From Cycas panzhihuaensis (Eukaryota; Plantae; Cycadophyta), in NCBI GenBank assembly GCA_023213395.1, contig CM041465.1:204731741-204795740 (forward strand): a stretch of DNA of 64,000 nucleotides. Reading direction: 5' to 3'. Positions 37,386 through 52,442 of this stretch are shown here, piece by piece (within the stretch, counting starts at the first letter, position 1; every line of letters starts with the position of its first letter). Both the position numbers and the translations under genes were made by a program. A model generated the notes under the pieces. The model had not been told where the DNA came from, did no database searches, and saw nothing but the letters and a program-made list of their open reading frames with translations.

Positions 37386-39839
37386 CCTATAAATATAAAT
37401 ACATATAAGGGTTAAAGTATACTCCTAAATATTTTAATCACACCACTCCTATATTGGTTTAAGGGGCCTCATACATTCTAATCCAATATAAGAATCATGT
37501 ATTAATTTCTTCCTTGTCCATATTCCATCCTTATTTGTTAAAAATGGAGGCAAGGAGTCCATACTAGTTCTACTCTACATTGCAGTTTCCTATAAGCTTA
37601 GGAAATAACATTTTGAGAGTGGCATCCTTCTTGGATTCATCTATCCTAGAGATTTCTAGTTAAGGCGTAAGAATATTAAAGTTTGATGGCTATGGTAGTT
37701 ATGTCTATACCTAAGTTGAGAGGTATTTATAAAAGTAAGATATTTATTATCTATAAGCTTGAAACCACATCTAATTAACAAGGGAGTAGTCTCAATAAGC
37801 TAAATAACCTATTTTGTTATAGTTTGTGCCTAATTTCCCTTATTGGCTTTGCCTTAAGAAGTTTTATTATCCACCTCAATCCATCCACTCTTACACTTAA
37901 TCATTAATTCTTAAGCTTCTTACCCTAAGGTTGGTTGTATGGTAGTTTCAATGGATAGTAGTTCACAATTATTAATGCAATAGTCTATAGGATGATATTT
38001 AAACCATACATTAGATATATTAAAATAATTCTTTTTTTGCTTATCAGTTTAGTCCCCATAGTAAATAAGGATGTTCTTATTAAGCTCCTTGTATGGGTCT
38101 ACTTTTACACATACATTGATATTAGGCTTACGGTAGAAAGGCATAGGGTTTTATATAAAAACATAATAACCCAATGTAGCTACTAGCCCTTTCACATATT
38201 TCTAGAGCTATAGTGATAATCTTAGGAATTTAATCCAATGTGGACCAAAAAAAGTGATAGTATTATCTATATATTATAGATCATAATAATGAGTTTGTAA
38301 GTATATATGTCTTGCTTTAGAACCTATTTAGAGGCATCTAAGGATTAAAAAAATAATATAAAATAACCCTTATTGAGATTTCAAATATTCATGACTTTCT
38401 ACTAAAAAATATTATCTTTTAGCCATTGCATGAGTATAAACCTAGGGGGCTTGTGTTTTTTTTTTTTTTTTTAAATATTGATGTTTTAAAATAATCTTCT
38501 AAATACATGATGTGAATTTTTAGAACTTTCACCCCATTGTAAACTTTAGGAATAGATTTCCTTACTCTCTTGGGCACCATCCTCCTTAAAATTCTTATGG
38601 TTTGAGTATGATCTTGGAATAGTAATTAAGTTTTTAAAACTAGTTGAAAATGGCATGATATGGGTAGGTAGGATGAGGTAAAACTTCCCTAGGTATAATT
38701 AATACCCACTACTTAAGACTAATGGTCCAAATTTGAAAGGATTGGGGAAATCTTTAGTGTGTGATTGAGAATTTAAAATTCCCACTCACATAACTTGTAT
38801 ATAAACCAAACCATCAAGCATCCATAATATATCCCTTATAAGAAGTATAACCCATGAGATCTAAGTATATAATGATAAGGAAAAGAAACCATATTGATTA
38901 ATCTAACTTCCTAACATATTTAAATTTATCTTTAAAAGGTTAACACTATTAAGGATTATTGCTCCTCATCCTTTAATTGTCTAAACACCTAGGCAAGGAT
39001 TGACTAGTTTATAGATGTCTAAGGCTACTTCAAGGATAATGATATAAGAGGTCAAATTCCTTTTGTAGATAATATCAATAGAAAGATAAGATCTTCTTAA
39101 TCCTAAAAGGGTGGAAGAGAGTATAAGATAGTAAAGGAGCCAACAAAATACCATAGCTTCACCTAATCTACCAACTATTTATATGTTGAAAGAGAAAGGG
39201 ATTTTAAAGAAGAATAAGATACCAGATTAATGAACCAATATACCAACATAACTTAAATGGTTGATTCACTAGATGATAGTAAGTGCATATAGGAACATAG
39301 TACGAAGAATAGGAGATATAATACTAAACCTCCAAACAAGTACACTAGTTGATGTAAATGACCTAATCTTTAGCTGGAAACATTACACCTCAAAAGCAAA
39401 AGAACATCAAAAGCATAAGCATAGTCCATGGTGCTTATATAATATCTTTCATTTGATCTAATAACCATATACACTTAATAATTACACCATTGAAAGAAAA
39501 GCAATTGCATCAATAACATTTAAGAAAAGAAGGTAGAGTAATGGCATATGTTCTTCTCAAATATTCATTTTATAAGGTTAATATACATTCATTCAATAAC
39601 TTCACCAATATAATACTCTTAAAAATGGTAATTTATGAATAAATATATGTATTAAATATTAAATTATTTTATAAATACACCAATATAACTAAATGATTTG
39701 CATCATAACTTGATACCTAAGGAAGACAAGTTTACATAAAAAATAAGAGTATAACTACCCAAAGTCTTAAGAAAACCTAAGGGATTATTCCTATACAGAT
39801 AAATAGACACCAACACCTAAACAACATTTACCCATATAG

Positions 39840-42800
39840 TACTTCCACTATTTTTGGAGTAGTAATATTTAATAATTATATAAAAAAGAGGCCTTTAGAA
39901 GTAGTTATCTAGTGTTTAATTAATGGGTTAAGTGGTTAATATCTATGTTATATAACAACATTGACTATTGTTATTTATATGTATATATTTGACTTTATTT
40001 AATAACAACTAATTTATATTCTTCTGAATTCTTTTGTTAAATATATGCACACTAATTTTCTACATGGTATCAAAGGCAAATTAAGAGATTGCCACCTTAT
40101 TAATAACACTTCTCAGATTTGGGATAAGTGAGAGATGAGTAATAAATATTAATATAAGCCTATAAAGGCCATGAGTAGATGACAATAAAAAATGGGCGTA
40201 TGATTGATTGATATTATTCAACATATGGGCTTTATATTATATGTGTATGGTGTGAAACAAAATCTAGGGATTGGATGTGGTTTCAAAGGATTCATAAATG
40301 ATAATGTTTTGCCAATAGAGTTGAAATTGTAAATAGTTTAATCACACAATAGGAGTTTCTTAGGAGTATCTCAAGACAATCTTGGTGTTGTGTAAATTAT
40401 TGATAGACTATAATAATGTATGATGATATCTGATGAGGCCCATAATATTGGTAATATGTATTGAAATTGTAAATGGACTAAAGTGGGTTGTCTGTATAAA
40501 GAATTCAAAGACTAGGAGGATTTTTCAAGACATGAATCTCTCTTGTTGTAATAGCCCATGGAAAATCCATAAGAAACACTCCATTGAGTGTTGAATAATG
40601 GCATAATTAGGGTTTTCATTCCCTTTAAATATGATTATTTAGAGAATTAGTTAAGGATCTTAATTTGTTCTTAGATTATGCCATCCCTCGTAAAAGCTAC
40701 TATAGTATTATATTCAAAAAATTATTCCATGGGATTAAAGGCTAGGTTATACACAATAATGGCTAAGACACAATATTTATATCCCTTTGTCAAAAACATT
40801 ACATAGCACTAGAATCAAATTTAAATAGTTTGGTCAAGATCAAAGTTTAAGATTTAAAATGAAATAGTAAAGCTCCACTTCTTTCTTGCCTATAATCCAA
40901 ATCCAAGATAATAAAATGATCATCCTTCAAAATCTAACAGCTCTCAAAGAATACCTAGTGAATGAAGATAATACAATTTCTCTTCATATGTTTTTTTAAA
41001 AACTTAATCAATTCTACAAAGGATGTCCTTGTTAACAACTAAGCATTCTTTATATAAACATAGGAGAAAAGGCATCAATAAGTATCAAATTAATAAATTT
41101 AACAAACTTATATCCCATCTACAAATGCTAAAGTTATTTATATAAAGGTATTATTTGATTTCTATTCAATTTTTTGAAGTTGTTTTGATTAATGTCGAAG
41201 TTCAATATATGCATGCTAACTATTTAACAAAATGTCTAAATCAATTACATGTGAAATGTTTAATAAAAACACCCTAAAGAGCTTATATATAAAATGTTTA
41301 ACCAAATGAATAATTGATGATGAAATTGAGTTGCCCATGAAACATATGACCTAATTTATTTTTAAAAATTTATTGAATTTTTTTAGCATATTAAAAATTT
41401 ACACCAGTTAATTAAAAGGAGTGCAGGAAAAGTGTCAAGATGAATGTTTTTGTAAGTTTTGAAATGATGTTATAGAAAAGGTTGTGAATTATATAATTGA
41501 TACTTGTATGCCATTATTATTATGAGTTTTGATAGTTATATTATATAAGGAAGTTGTTCACCTTCCTTATTTTATATTATAGCTAGTTATTTGTAGGCCC
41601 AACTAGCGAGATATAACATATAACCATTTAATGAAGTCAATGTATAATATTGATATATAAACTCAAGCATATATCATGAGTATAATTTTGAATTTGTTGA
41701 AGACTAAAGAATGAAAACAGAGAGATAGAGATTGAAAATGAAATAGGGAAGTAGAACATGATTTTTTTTTAATAGCTAAATTCCCTATAAAGTGGGGTTG
41801 ACCCCTTTGATATGAGATGCCATAGGAGAGGGGAATATATTCTACCAAAATCACCTAAGACTTGCACTTGGCCTTACTTGCTTTAGAGACAACTATATCA
41901 AGCTACTTTAAACCCTTGAAAAGCTTAAAGCTTGACATAATAATCTATAAAATATACAAGCATATTCTTTACTACTCGACAATCTATAATTAGTTATTCC
42001 TTGACCATGCTAACCACCTTGACCCTAATTCATTATCACTTAACTATTTGCTAATACTTATAAGTAGGTAAGAGTGTTGGCATACTAAGTTGTCTCTACC
42101 ATTCCTACTATGAATATCACCCATACTACTACCAATTTGATAACCCTTACCACCTGACTCCATAACTATCACTATCATGCTTATTATTGCATGTCTAATA
42201 ACCTCCACTACCAATACTATGCATGTTAAATAATTGGCAGAAACACTAGATCCTCACTAAGAACTCATATATTTGTATGTCTGCCAGCCTCCACCATGAA
42301 CATAACAACCACTAACTAAGGGGCTCCTATTACTACTAGGATCATCATCCATCCAAATAAAAGCCAAATCTTTATGGGTGTTAATCTAGTTAAATAAAAG
42401 CATCCACCAATATCATGTCAATTTTCTAACTGATCTTCCTATACATGGCAGAGCTTTTAAATAGAACACCCACTTCTCTAAATATCACCAAACAAGCTAA
42501 CCTACTCAAAAAATAATAGCAATAGATGAGATACAATCCCTCTAGGGTAATTATCAAGATACACTTCCATCTAAAGCTCAAGCACAAGGCCAAAAGCAAC
42601 ATAAAATTATGAATCACTAGTAGCACTAAACCAATCCCTATGCTTAGTTAGAAATGTACCTCATTCAAGGCAAGATGAAATGCCACTCCAAACAAACACT
42701 AATATCCATCAATGGTAATTTGGCCAAAATTCATCACTACTCTAAGACCTTAACCAACTACTTGGCATCAATCCCATTTTTGCCATTACTAAATAATGAT

Positions 42801-42860
42801 ATGTAAGTCAACACCAAATTAATCTTAAATATTATCATCATTTGAGGGAGACATGTAAGT
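39840..42860 (+). mobile_element. Heavily decayed LTR-element debris, probably Copia
   Basis: LTR-end/PBS junction TTTTCTACA-TGGTATCAAAG at 40056-40075 and a PPT-like TTGAGGGAG near 42842. No LTR pair could be confirmed, so these may be separate elements. Confidence 0.4.
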
Positions 42861-45800
42861 ATTTATGCTATCCCACATTTTTGCATAATAGTTGAATAAG
42901 TTTATATTGACTTACTAGTCACTACTAACAATTTATATTGATAAGAATAATCTTGAAGCCCTACTGATCATGAGATGAGGCATAAATCAAATAATAATCT
43001 TACTCAAACATTAATATCAAATAACATTAATTAAAATACAATAGTTGTCTTGTCGATTATTATCCACATATGTTGATTAATGTGGTATTAAAGTCCCATT
43101 ACTCATAACATAAAGTATTGTTCAAAAGATCTTGATACAAATTAATTATTCTAATTAAAAGTTGATACCAATCTAAATGCTTCTCGATGACCTCAATGCT
43201 AATCTAAGTATGTAGAATATGGCTAATCCGTACACTAGAGAATAATTACATCATCATAAAACAACAAACAATTTCATCACTAATCAAAGCAACTTATTAT
43301 AGTTGATTAAATGTTATCATGATACTAATATCACAATCATCTTCATCACTGACCCAAGAAACAATCAACATAAAACTAGCATACCAATGTTGATTCGAAA
43401 AGAAAAAATAATAAATTGGCCCACTATCACCATGAATCAACCTACCAATCATGATCTAGGTAATTTTTTTTTAAGCTTATAACATGATGTCCTAACACTA
43501 CTTTGGGAAGCATCCCATCCTCGCATACAAATTAATAAACCAAAAGCCAAGTTAAGGAAAACTTTAATCTAAGCAATACAACTCCACTATAAAATCATAA
43601 TGTAAGCTTTGATCAGTATGGATTCAAGCCAATGTAGGCCTAAATATAGATTAGTAACACCACCATCACCATTCTCAATCATAAAGTCCTCTATTATGTC
43701 CTTCGAAGATATGGGAGCAAATAACTAAGAAGACTTCTCAGTAATAAAATAATTAAAAATCATAGATGTTGTTATAAACCTATGCTACTAATGGAAGTCG
43801 GCCATAGCTATGGCTAGATTATGGATTCAAAGAAGCTAGCCTTAATTATAATTATAAGAAGTTAATTTTATTATTATTATGGACTACATATCTTAATATT
43901 ATTATTAGAAGCTAATTTTATTATTAGGAAGTTAGTTTTTAAAATATTATTAATTTTGATACCTATAAATAGATAATTATTATTCATTTATAAATCATCT
44001 TTTATAAGTTAATTCATTTGGGGTCTTTTAACTATTTGGTCCTTAGGAGCTTCATCTCAAATGTTATTTTAGATTTCTTTTATATATGTAGAAGTAGACC
44101 TAATTTAGGATTACTCTAAGTGGAATCTGAGCTTCATTTTTCGTGTATCAAGGATTTTCATAGAATAATTTTAAAAAATAATCATGAATTTAAATCAACC
44201 TCATATGATCTATAAAGTTTAAGTGGTTATATCATAGGGTTTGAAAAAAATTATGGAAATTATAGGGAATTTAATTTTGGCCTACTATTCATCAATATCT
44301 TTAGGGCCTAAACACTAGAATATATGATATATTCATATATATAATATTTAATATTAATACAATTGACCCACTAACAAAACCCACTCACCGGATATATTAA
44401 GATATGTGAGATGCATATTTATCCATATAGATATGCTATTGGATGATATAATAGTTTAAGAGAAATTATAGGTTACTCATGAGGTGAATATTTCTATAAA
44501 TATATATATATACACCACTTGAGAAATTGAGAAAGGTCTAAGACCTAAAGGCGTATTTATTCTAATATCTAAGAGGAACTTCTAACTCCACCCTCTCTTG
44601 TGGTTTTTTCCACACTTGGTTTTTTATATATAAATCTATTGTCTCTCTTATGGTGAATGATTATTGAAGCATATTTCTATTCATTACTTTATATTCATAT
44701 TTCTTCCTTTATATGCGTATATTACTTATAATATAATTCTATGATTATACATGCTTATTATATTTTCACTATATTATACTTATTATATTATAATATGACA
44801 TCAAACTCAAATTCTAAATTCTAATATGATATTAGACCAAATTTATATTTCTAACATGGTATCATAGCCATGGTAAGTTGAAAAATCTTATAAAGATAAG
44901 TCATAAGCCTATCAAAGCCTATTATTAGCTATGTTATGTAAGTAAGAAGAAAGTCGATATGAGTTAATTTGATAAGCTAGGTAGTATGGCAATGATAGAG
45001 TTATGACAAAGCCAGTTATGAGGTCTGAATGATGGGCCAAAAATCTAAATATGTAAGTGACATGTGACTATGATTTCAGGGCTAGATAAAGTTGAAGAAG
45101 TAGATGAAGATGAATGAGTTGAATAGAAGATGCATATAAATGAGATGAAACCACATATAAATGTAATAAAGTTGCATAAAGGAAATGAAGCATTATTAAT
45201 GGCATATTAATTTAAATTTATATGGACATATATTTATGTATGTATTTAGTACATTCTTAAGACATACAAGTTCAAACGAGTCTAATAGATGATGAAGATG
45301 TAAAAGAAATTGTTGCCAATTGTATTCATCACTATACACCATGCACTTGTAAAAGTGACCAAGATTTATTGAGACTAGATGTTACATAACTCATCTCACT
45401 AAGTTATGTAAGATATTATTATACAAAGAGCTATCAGGAGGTTAAGAGATAAGGTTAATTATAGAACTCTGTGCATAAGTTGATAATATGGCCAATGGTA
45501 TGTAAGGTTGTTATGCTATCTAATAGAATGTAAGGCTGTTTAGGCCACCAATAGGATTACATATAAAAAACCATTTTTATCTATATAAGGGTCATAAATT
45601 ATAAATGATGGTTATCTTGATGTAACTTTTATAAAGATTGTTCTATGGTACTCTTTATTTTGGTGATTATTTAGTGCTCTTGTGTTCTTATGAGATTCTC
45701 TATTAATTTATTTTCTTTATTAGACAGAATGAAGCAGTTATAATTGTCATTTTTCTATTATCTCAAGGAGCACTTGTGAGAAGAAACATCCCAAGTGGTA

Positions 45801-46325
45801 TCAGAGCCACATCACGATCGCGGGAAGCTGCTTAGGAAATCAGAAATTTTTTTTCCTAATAGATCGAGTACTCTCTCTACCCTAGTAGAGATCGAGGAAA
45901 ACCTTTACTTATTACTCTCTCCACAAAGATTAAGGGAATGGTACCAAGACAGTCTGGGAGTCAGGAGAAAAGGGAAATTTTTTTCTTACGTAACGCCAGT
46001 ACTTTATCCTTTTATTTTTCATCTAGTTTAAATTTCATTTCTATATTTTAATTTTTGCATTGAATTATATCTCAAAGGTAGATAACATTATTGGGTAGCT
46101 ACCCTTTCTCTATCCCACCTCCTTTCTTAGGTAGATAACATTGCTGGGTAACTATCCAAGTAGTTAGATACAGGCCCTATACCAAGGATCTTTAAATATC
46201 ACAGGGATATGTCATTATGACTAAGTGCATCATGACTCTTCTGCCCCTTACATGAAGGATTGGAAATAACACTTCTAAACCAAGCCCTAGACAGAACCTA
46301 GCTACAGAAGTGCACCTCTACGTAC

Positions 46326-49300
46326 CTTTAGGTATATAAGAGGACCCCTTTTAGGTCCTAATTCCTTCTTAGCATGGGAAAACTATCCATCATTGAAGTC
46401 TTGTAGTGCAGTGATTAGTGGTAGGTGCCACAAAGCTACCTGCCTCGAACTTCTACAATTTATTGGTAGGCCTATAAGACCAAGCACACATTGTTTAGTG
46501 GTTGGTAGGATACTCTGATATACATATTCCACTTCTAGTTTCAGACCGCAAGTCACCTCATATTTTGAAAAAGAAATTCCTCTTACTGCTTAAACTTAGA
46601 ACCTATCAACGCAGTCAGACTCGCTATAGAAAAGAAAAAGAAAAAAAAAAGAAAAAGATAAAAAAGTAAAAAAGGAGAAAAAGAAAGTAAGAAGAAAGAA
46701 TAAGAACTAAAAATAAAATTCCACTTAGTTTAGCAATAAAATTTACCCTTACAACTATATACCTCATTTCGATCAGCACATCATACTGGTTAGTTTGCAC
46801 TAGGTTGGTACATACTAGTAATTTTCACATTTTTTAGTATCTAGTCACTGGTGGGTCCTAGCACCCCTAACCCCCCCTACACATCACATACCCCATCTGA
46901 ACAAGCTTTTCACACTTGTTCGAGAAAACCTAATATCTTGTTTATGTAAATATTTTGGGGTTAACAGGCTATAGACACCCCACAATCTCCCTATTTTCCC
47001 CCTTCTCTTCCCCTTAACAACTCCCTTATTCTTACGTCTCGTTCTTTCTTGATCTTTCCCACTTCATTTATTCCCCTTCTTTCTACCTATCCCTACCTCT
47101 TTATGCCCTTTCTCCATGGATCCTAAAAGCAATAGTGATAAAATCTCGACACTCGAGACCCAAGTCATTAACATTCAGGAAAAAATCAAGGAAGATTTAG
47201 ACCACATGCATGAGGAGGTTAAAAATGAAGTAGCTACCATATGGATTGAATTTCACACAAAAATGTAAAACCTAGCATCCCATGTTGATATCCAAAATGT
47301 ACTGCAATAGAAGTAGAGTTTGTCACAAAAAGGCCTCCTCCATTCAGGCAAGACTCCACTTGGATTTCATGATCCTGACAAGCTGATACTGCCTAGTCCC
47401 AAAGACCATGTCCAACTGACTACCAACAATCTTGCCCACGACTAGATGACACTCCATCTACATCTCTCAAGAATCACATAGAGGAACCATCTTCGAAGTC
47501 CATACACATCACTCCAGTAGAGGCACAATGTCATCGGGAAGCTGATCTATGCATGCAATGTTCCAAAAAATGGACCTCTGGTCATGGTAGAATCTGTAAA
47601 GCTAGGAAGATGGTCTTCACAATTGACCCTAACTTATCTTTGGAAGATGACCCTGAGACTGAGCATAAATATGGTGATGAATCCCAAGACCACCCTACTG
47701 ATGAGTTACCTCCAAATCTTGAACCTAAAGTTTTCTTATCAGTCATTACCTCCATTGCATATCCTAAATTGCTATGAGTCAAAGGAATACTTTGAAAAAT
47801 GTCAATTACCATTTTGATTGACGGTGGTGCTTCACTAAATTTCATCGATATCTCCATTACTCAACATTTGAACCTTTACATAAAACCTAAAATAGGATTT
47901 ACTTGCTCATTACTTGGTCATCACACCCTTCATTATGTAGGAATAATAAAAAACCTCACGGTCCACATTAGCTTATATACCCTTGTCTCTGATTTTTATG
48001 CCTTGTCCATAGGTAGGTTAGATGCAATTCTTAGCATACAATGGCTCCAGATTTTAGGAACTTATAGCACCAATAACTCACCCACGGCCCCATTCATTAT
48101 GTTCAAAGATCACATGGGATGTTCACATAAACTTTATGGGATGTAAGCCCTCTAAACAAAGTAATATCACCCACCTAAATGTGCCAAAAACTTAATGGTA
48201 ACATAGGATACATCGTTTGTCTCAACTATATCTAGGCCCCTTTGGGTATTCACCATGATATCTAGTAAGTATTAGACTGATACCAATCTGTATTTACTCT
48301 GTTACCTGCCAGCGCCCTACTTGATTGAGGTCGTTATCATATGATTGAGTTACAAACTTTACATGACCTGATTAGCCTTTGACCATATAGGAACTCCTAT
48401 TTCTTAAAAAATAAAATAAAATAAATCACGAGGGAATTGCTGGACATGGGTATCATCCAACCTAGTAAAAGTTTGTATGCAGCACCCATCATTTTAGTTC
48501 ATAAAAAGGATGGTTCTTTCTAACTTTGTGTTGACTATTGTGCACTCAATAAAATCACCATAAAAAATAAGTTCCCCACACTATGAATCGATGACATGTT
48601 AGACGAGATCCATAGTGCTGTAATTTTTACTAAACTAAATTTTCAATTAGGATATTACCAAATCCCTATCTTACTAGAAGATCAACATAAAATAGCTTTA
48701 TGAACCCACCATGGCTAATTTGAGTTCCAAGTCATGTCTTTTGGCCTATGTAATACCACGACCACCTTTTAAGCTCTTATGAACAAGATCTTTTTCCCAT
48801 ACCTGTGAAAATTTGTCATTGTCTTTTTTAACGATATTCTTATCTATAGCTCAAACATGCCTGCTCACATCCCACATCTAGAAATAGTCCTTCAAATCCT
48901 AGCTAAGAATAAATTGTATGCTAAACTCTCTAAATATGAGTTTGGGAAATCTGAATTATAATACCTTGGTCATATTATATCCCTTGTAGGGGTTCAGTTG
49001 GATCCCGATAAAATCTCTATCATCACCAATTAGCCAACCCCAAAAACCCTGACCTAATTGCAGACTTTCCTAGGGCTTATCAGATTCTATCGTCGGTTTA
49101 TTTGATATTATGTCACATTAACCACTCCCTTAACTTTGGGTATATAAGAGGACCCATTTAGGTTCCAATCCCTTCCTAGCATAGGCAACTATTGACCACT
49201 GAAGTCTTGTAGTGCAGTGGTTAGTAGTTAGTGCCACGAAGGTACTTGCCCCAAACTTCTACAGTTATTGGCAGGCATATAAGACCAAGTACACCTTGTC

Positions 49301-52300
49301 TAGTGGTTGGTAGAATACTCTGGTATACATATTCTAAGTTCAGACCCAAGTCACCTCATATTTTGAAAAAAGAAATTCCTCTTACTACCTGAACTCATAA
49401 CCTATCAGCGTAGTCAGAATCACTACAAGAAAAAAAAAAAGAATAAGAAAAAAGAAAAAGAAATAAAAAAGAGAAAAAAGAAGTAAAACATAAAAAAAAA
49501 TTACCCTTATAACTATACCTCATTTTAGTCAGCATATCATATTGGTTAATTTATACTAGGTTGGTACATACTAGAAATTTTCATGTTTTTCAAAATCTGG
49601 TCACTGGTGGGTCCTACCATTACCAACCCCCCCTACACTTCATATACCCAATTTGAACGAGCTTTTCGCACTTGTTTGAAAGAAATTGATATCTTATTTA
49701 TGTAAATTCTTTGGGATCAATAGGCTATAGGCACCCCACAATCTCTCTATTTGTCCCTTTCTCTTTCCCTTAACAACTCCCTTTTTCTTACATCACGTTC
49801 TCTCTTTATCTTTCCCACTTCATTCATTCCCCTTATTTCTACTTATTCCCATCTCTTTACACCCTTTCTCCATGGCTCCTCAAAGCAACAATGACAAAAT
49901 ATTAGTACTCAAGACCTAAGTCACTAATATTCAGGAAAAAATCAAGGAAGATTTCGACCACATGCACAAGGAAGTTAAAAATGAAGTAACTATTATACAG
50001 ATAGAATTTACCTCAAAACTGTTAGACCTAGCATCCCATACTGATATCCAAAATATAATTTAGAGGTTGAACAACTTCTCTCCTCCGCTACCAGTTGGAT
50101 CCATACAGTAACAAACCATGCCTCCACCTCCACATCAGTAACAACCATTTCATCATAAGATCAACATACCCATATTTGATCCAGATCTCAATAAGGACAA
50201 TGTATAAAGTTGGATTAGTAAAGTAGAGTCCTACTTTACACTCAACCTAATGTCAGTAAATGAACAACTTACATTTACTTCCATCCACTTAAATGGGAAG
50301 GCACATCATTGGTTATGATGGTTGAAGTGAGAGTACCCTTTTAGCCAGTCTTGGGCACACTTCTCTACCTATATTTTTAAGTAATATGAAGATACTTGGA
50401 ACCAATCTTTTTTCAAACAATTAACACGGTTGAAGTGAGTATCCTCTGTCGAAGTTTACACTGATGAGTTCCAATCTTTAGTCGGGTTGATCAATAACTT
50501 AATAAATAGATAGAGATAGATACGTATGTGTTTGGGCTTAAAGAATGTATCCAAATGTGCGTGAAGATAGCCTCCCTATCCACTCTAAAAGATGCAATTA
50601 GTATGGCTAAAGTAGTAGAAGAAAAGTTTACTATAGAAAGGCCTCCTCCATTCATATGAGACTCCGCTTGGCTTTCATGATCCTGACAAGCTAATGTTGT
50701 ATAGTCCCAAAAACCATATCCAACTGACTACCAATGATCGCACCCATAACTAGAGGACTCCCCATCTACATCTCTCAAGTAGTGCACTGAGGAAACATCT
50801 TTGAAGTCCATACACATCACTCTAGCAGAGGCACAATGTCATCGAGAAGCTGGTCTATGTATGTAATATTCTGAAAAATGGACCTCTGGTCCTAGTAGAA
50901 TCTATAAAGCCAGGAAGATGGTCTTCATAATTGACCCAGGCTTATTTTTGGAAAATGACCCTGAGACTGAGCACGAATATGATGATGAATCCCAAGACCA
51001 CCTTACTAATGAATTGCCCCCAAACCCTGGACCTAAAGTTTCCTTATTAGTTATTACCTCCATTGCATGTCCTGAACTACTTCGAGTCAAAGGAATACTT
51101 TAGAAAACTCCAATTACCATTTTAATTGATGGTGGTGCATCACTAAATTTTATTGATATCTCCATTACTTGATAGTTAAATCTTTACATAGAACCTAAAA
51201 CAAGCTTTACTTGCTCCTTATATGGTCATCACACCCTCCATTGTGTTGGAACAATAAAAACCTCATGGTCCACATTGGCTCATATACACTTATCTTTGAT
51301 TTTTATGCTCTGCCCATAGGTGGGTCAGATGCAATTCTTGGTGTACAATGGCTCTAGACTCTAGGAACTTATAACACCAATGACTCACCCATGGCTGCAT
51401 TTATTATATTCAAAGATCACATAGGCCACTTACATAAACTTTATGGGATGTAAGTCCCCCCCAAATAAAGTAATATCACCCACCTGAATGTGCCAACAAC
51501 TCAATGGTAACATAGGATACATTGTTCATCTTAACCATATCCAGGCCCCTTCGGGTATTCACCCTGATATCCAGTAAGTATTAGATCCATACCAATCTAT
51601 ATTTACTACGTTACCTGCTAACCCCCTGCCTAATCGAGGTTGTTATCATACTATTGAGTTACAAAGTTCACACGACCCAATTAGCCTTCGACCATATAGG
51701 AACTCCTATTTCTAAAAAAATGAAATCAAAAAAATCATGAGGGAATTGTTAGACATGGGTATTATCCAACCTAGTAAAAGCCCGTATATGGTACCCATTA
51801 TTTGAGTTTTTAAAAAGGATGGCTCTTTCCCACTTTGTGTTGACTATCGTGAACTCAATAAAATCACCATATAAAATAAGTTTCCTACACCACGAATCAA
51901 TGATATGTTAGATGAAATCCATGGTGCTGTAATTTTCACCAAACTTAATTTACAATCAGGATATTATCAAACCCCTATCTTGCTATAGGATCAACATAAA
52001 ATGGCTTTCTGAACCCACCATGGCCAGTTTGAGTTCTAGGTCATGCCCTTGGCCTATGTAATGCTCCAGTCACCTATTAGACCCTCATGAACAAGATATT
52101 TTCCCCATACCTATGAAAAATTATCATCATCTTCTTCGATGATATTCTTATCTATAGCTTAAACATGCCCACTCACATCCTACATCTAGAAATAGTCCTT
52201 CAAATCCTAGCTGAGAAGAAACTGTATGCTAAACTCTCCAAATGTGAGTTTGGGAAATCTAAACTATAATACCTTGGTCATATTATATCCTTTGTAGGGG

Positions 52301-52442
52301 TTCAGGTGGATTCTAATAAAATCTCTGTCATTACTAATTGGCCAACCCCAAAAATCCTAACCCAATTGTGGGCTTTCCTGGGACTTACCAGATTTTATCA
52401 TCGGTTCATCCAAAATTATGCCACACTAACCAACCCCCTTAA
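46326..52442 (+). repeat. Direct internal duplication (leader-gag-PR-RT) in element I
   Basis: Copy 1 is 46326-49133 and copy 2 is 49134-52442, about 85% identical. Copy 1 lacks about 550 bp of gag (copy-2 coordinates ~50060-50612). Confidence 0.93.
47116..49133 (+). pseudogene. gag-pol: Element I gag-pol copy 1 (deleted gag, protease, RT)
   Basis: ILIDGGASLNFID, LCVDYCALNKITIKNKFP, FNDILIYS. Confidence 0.88.

Noticed and set aside
37400-39500. Possible minus-strand LINE ORF1 remnants
   Set aside because: Only scattered weak motifs, too decayed to support by eye.
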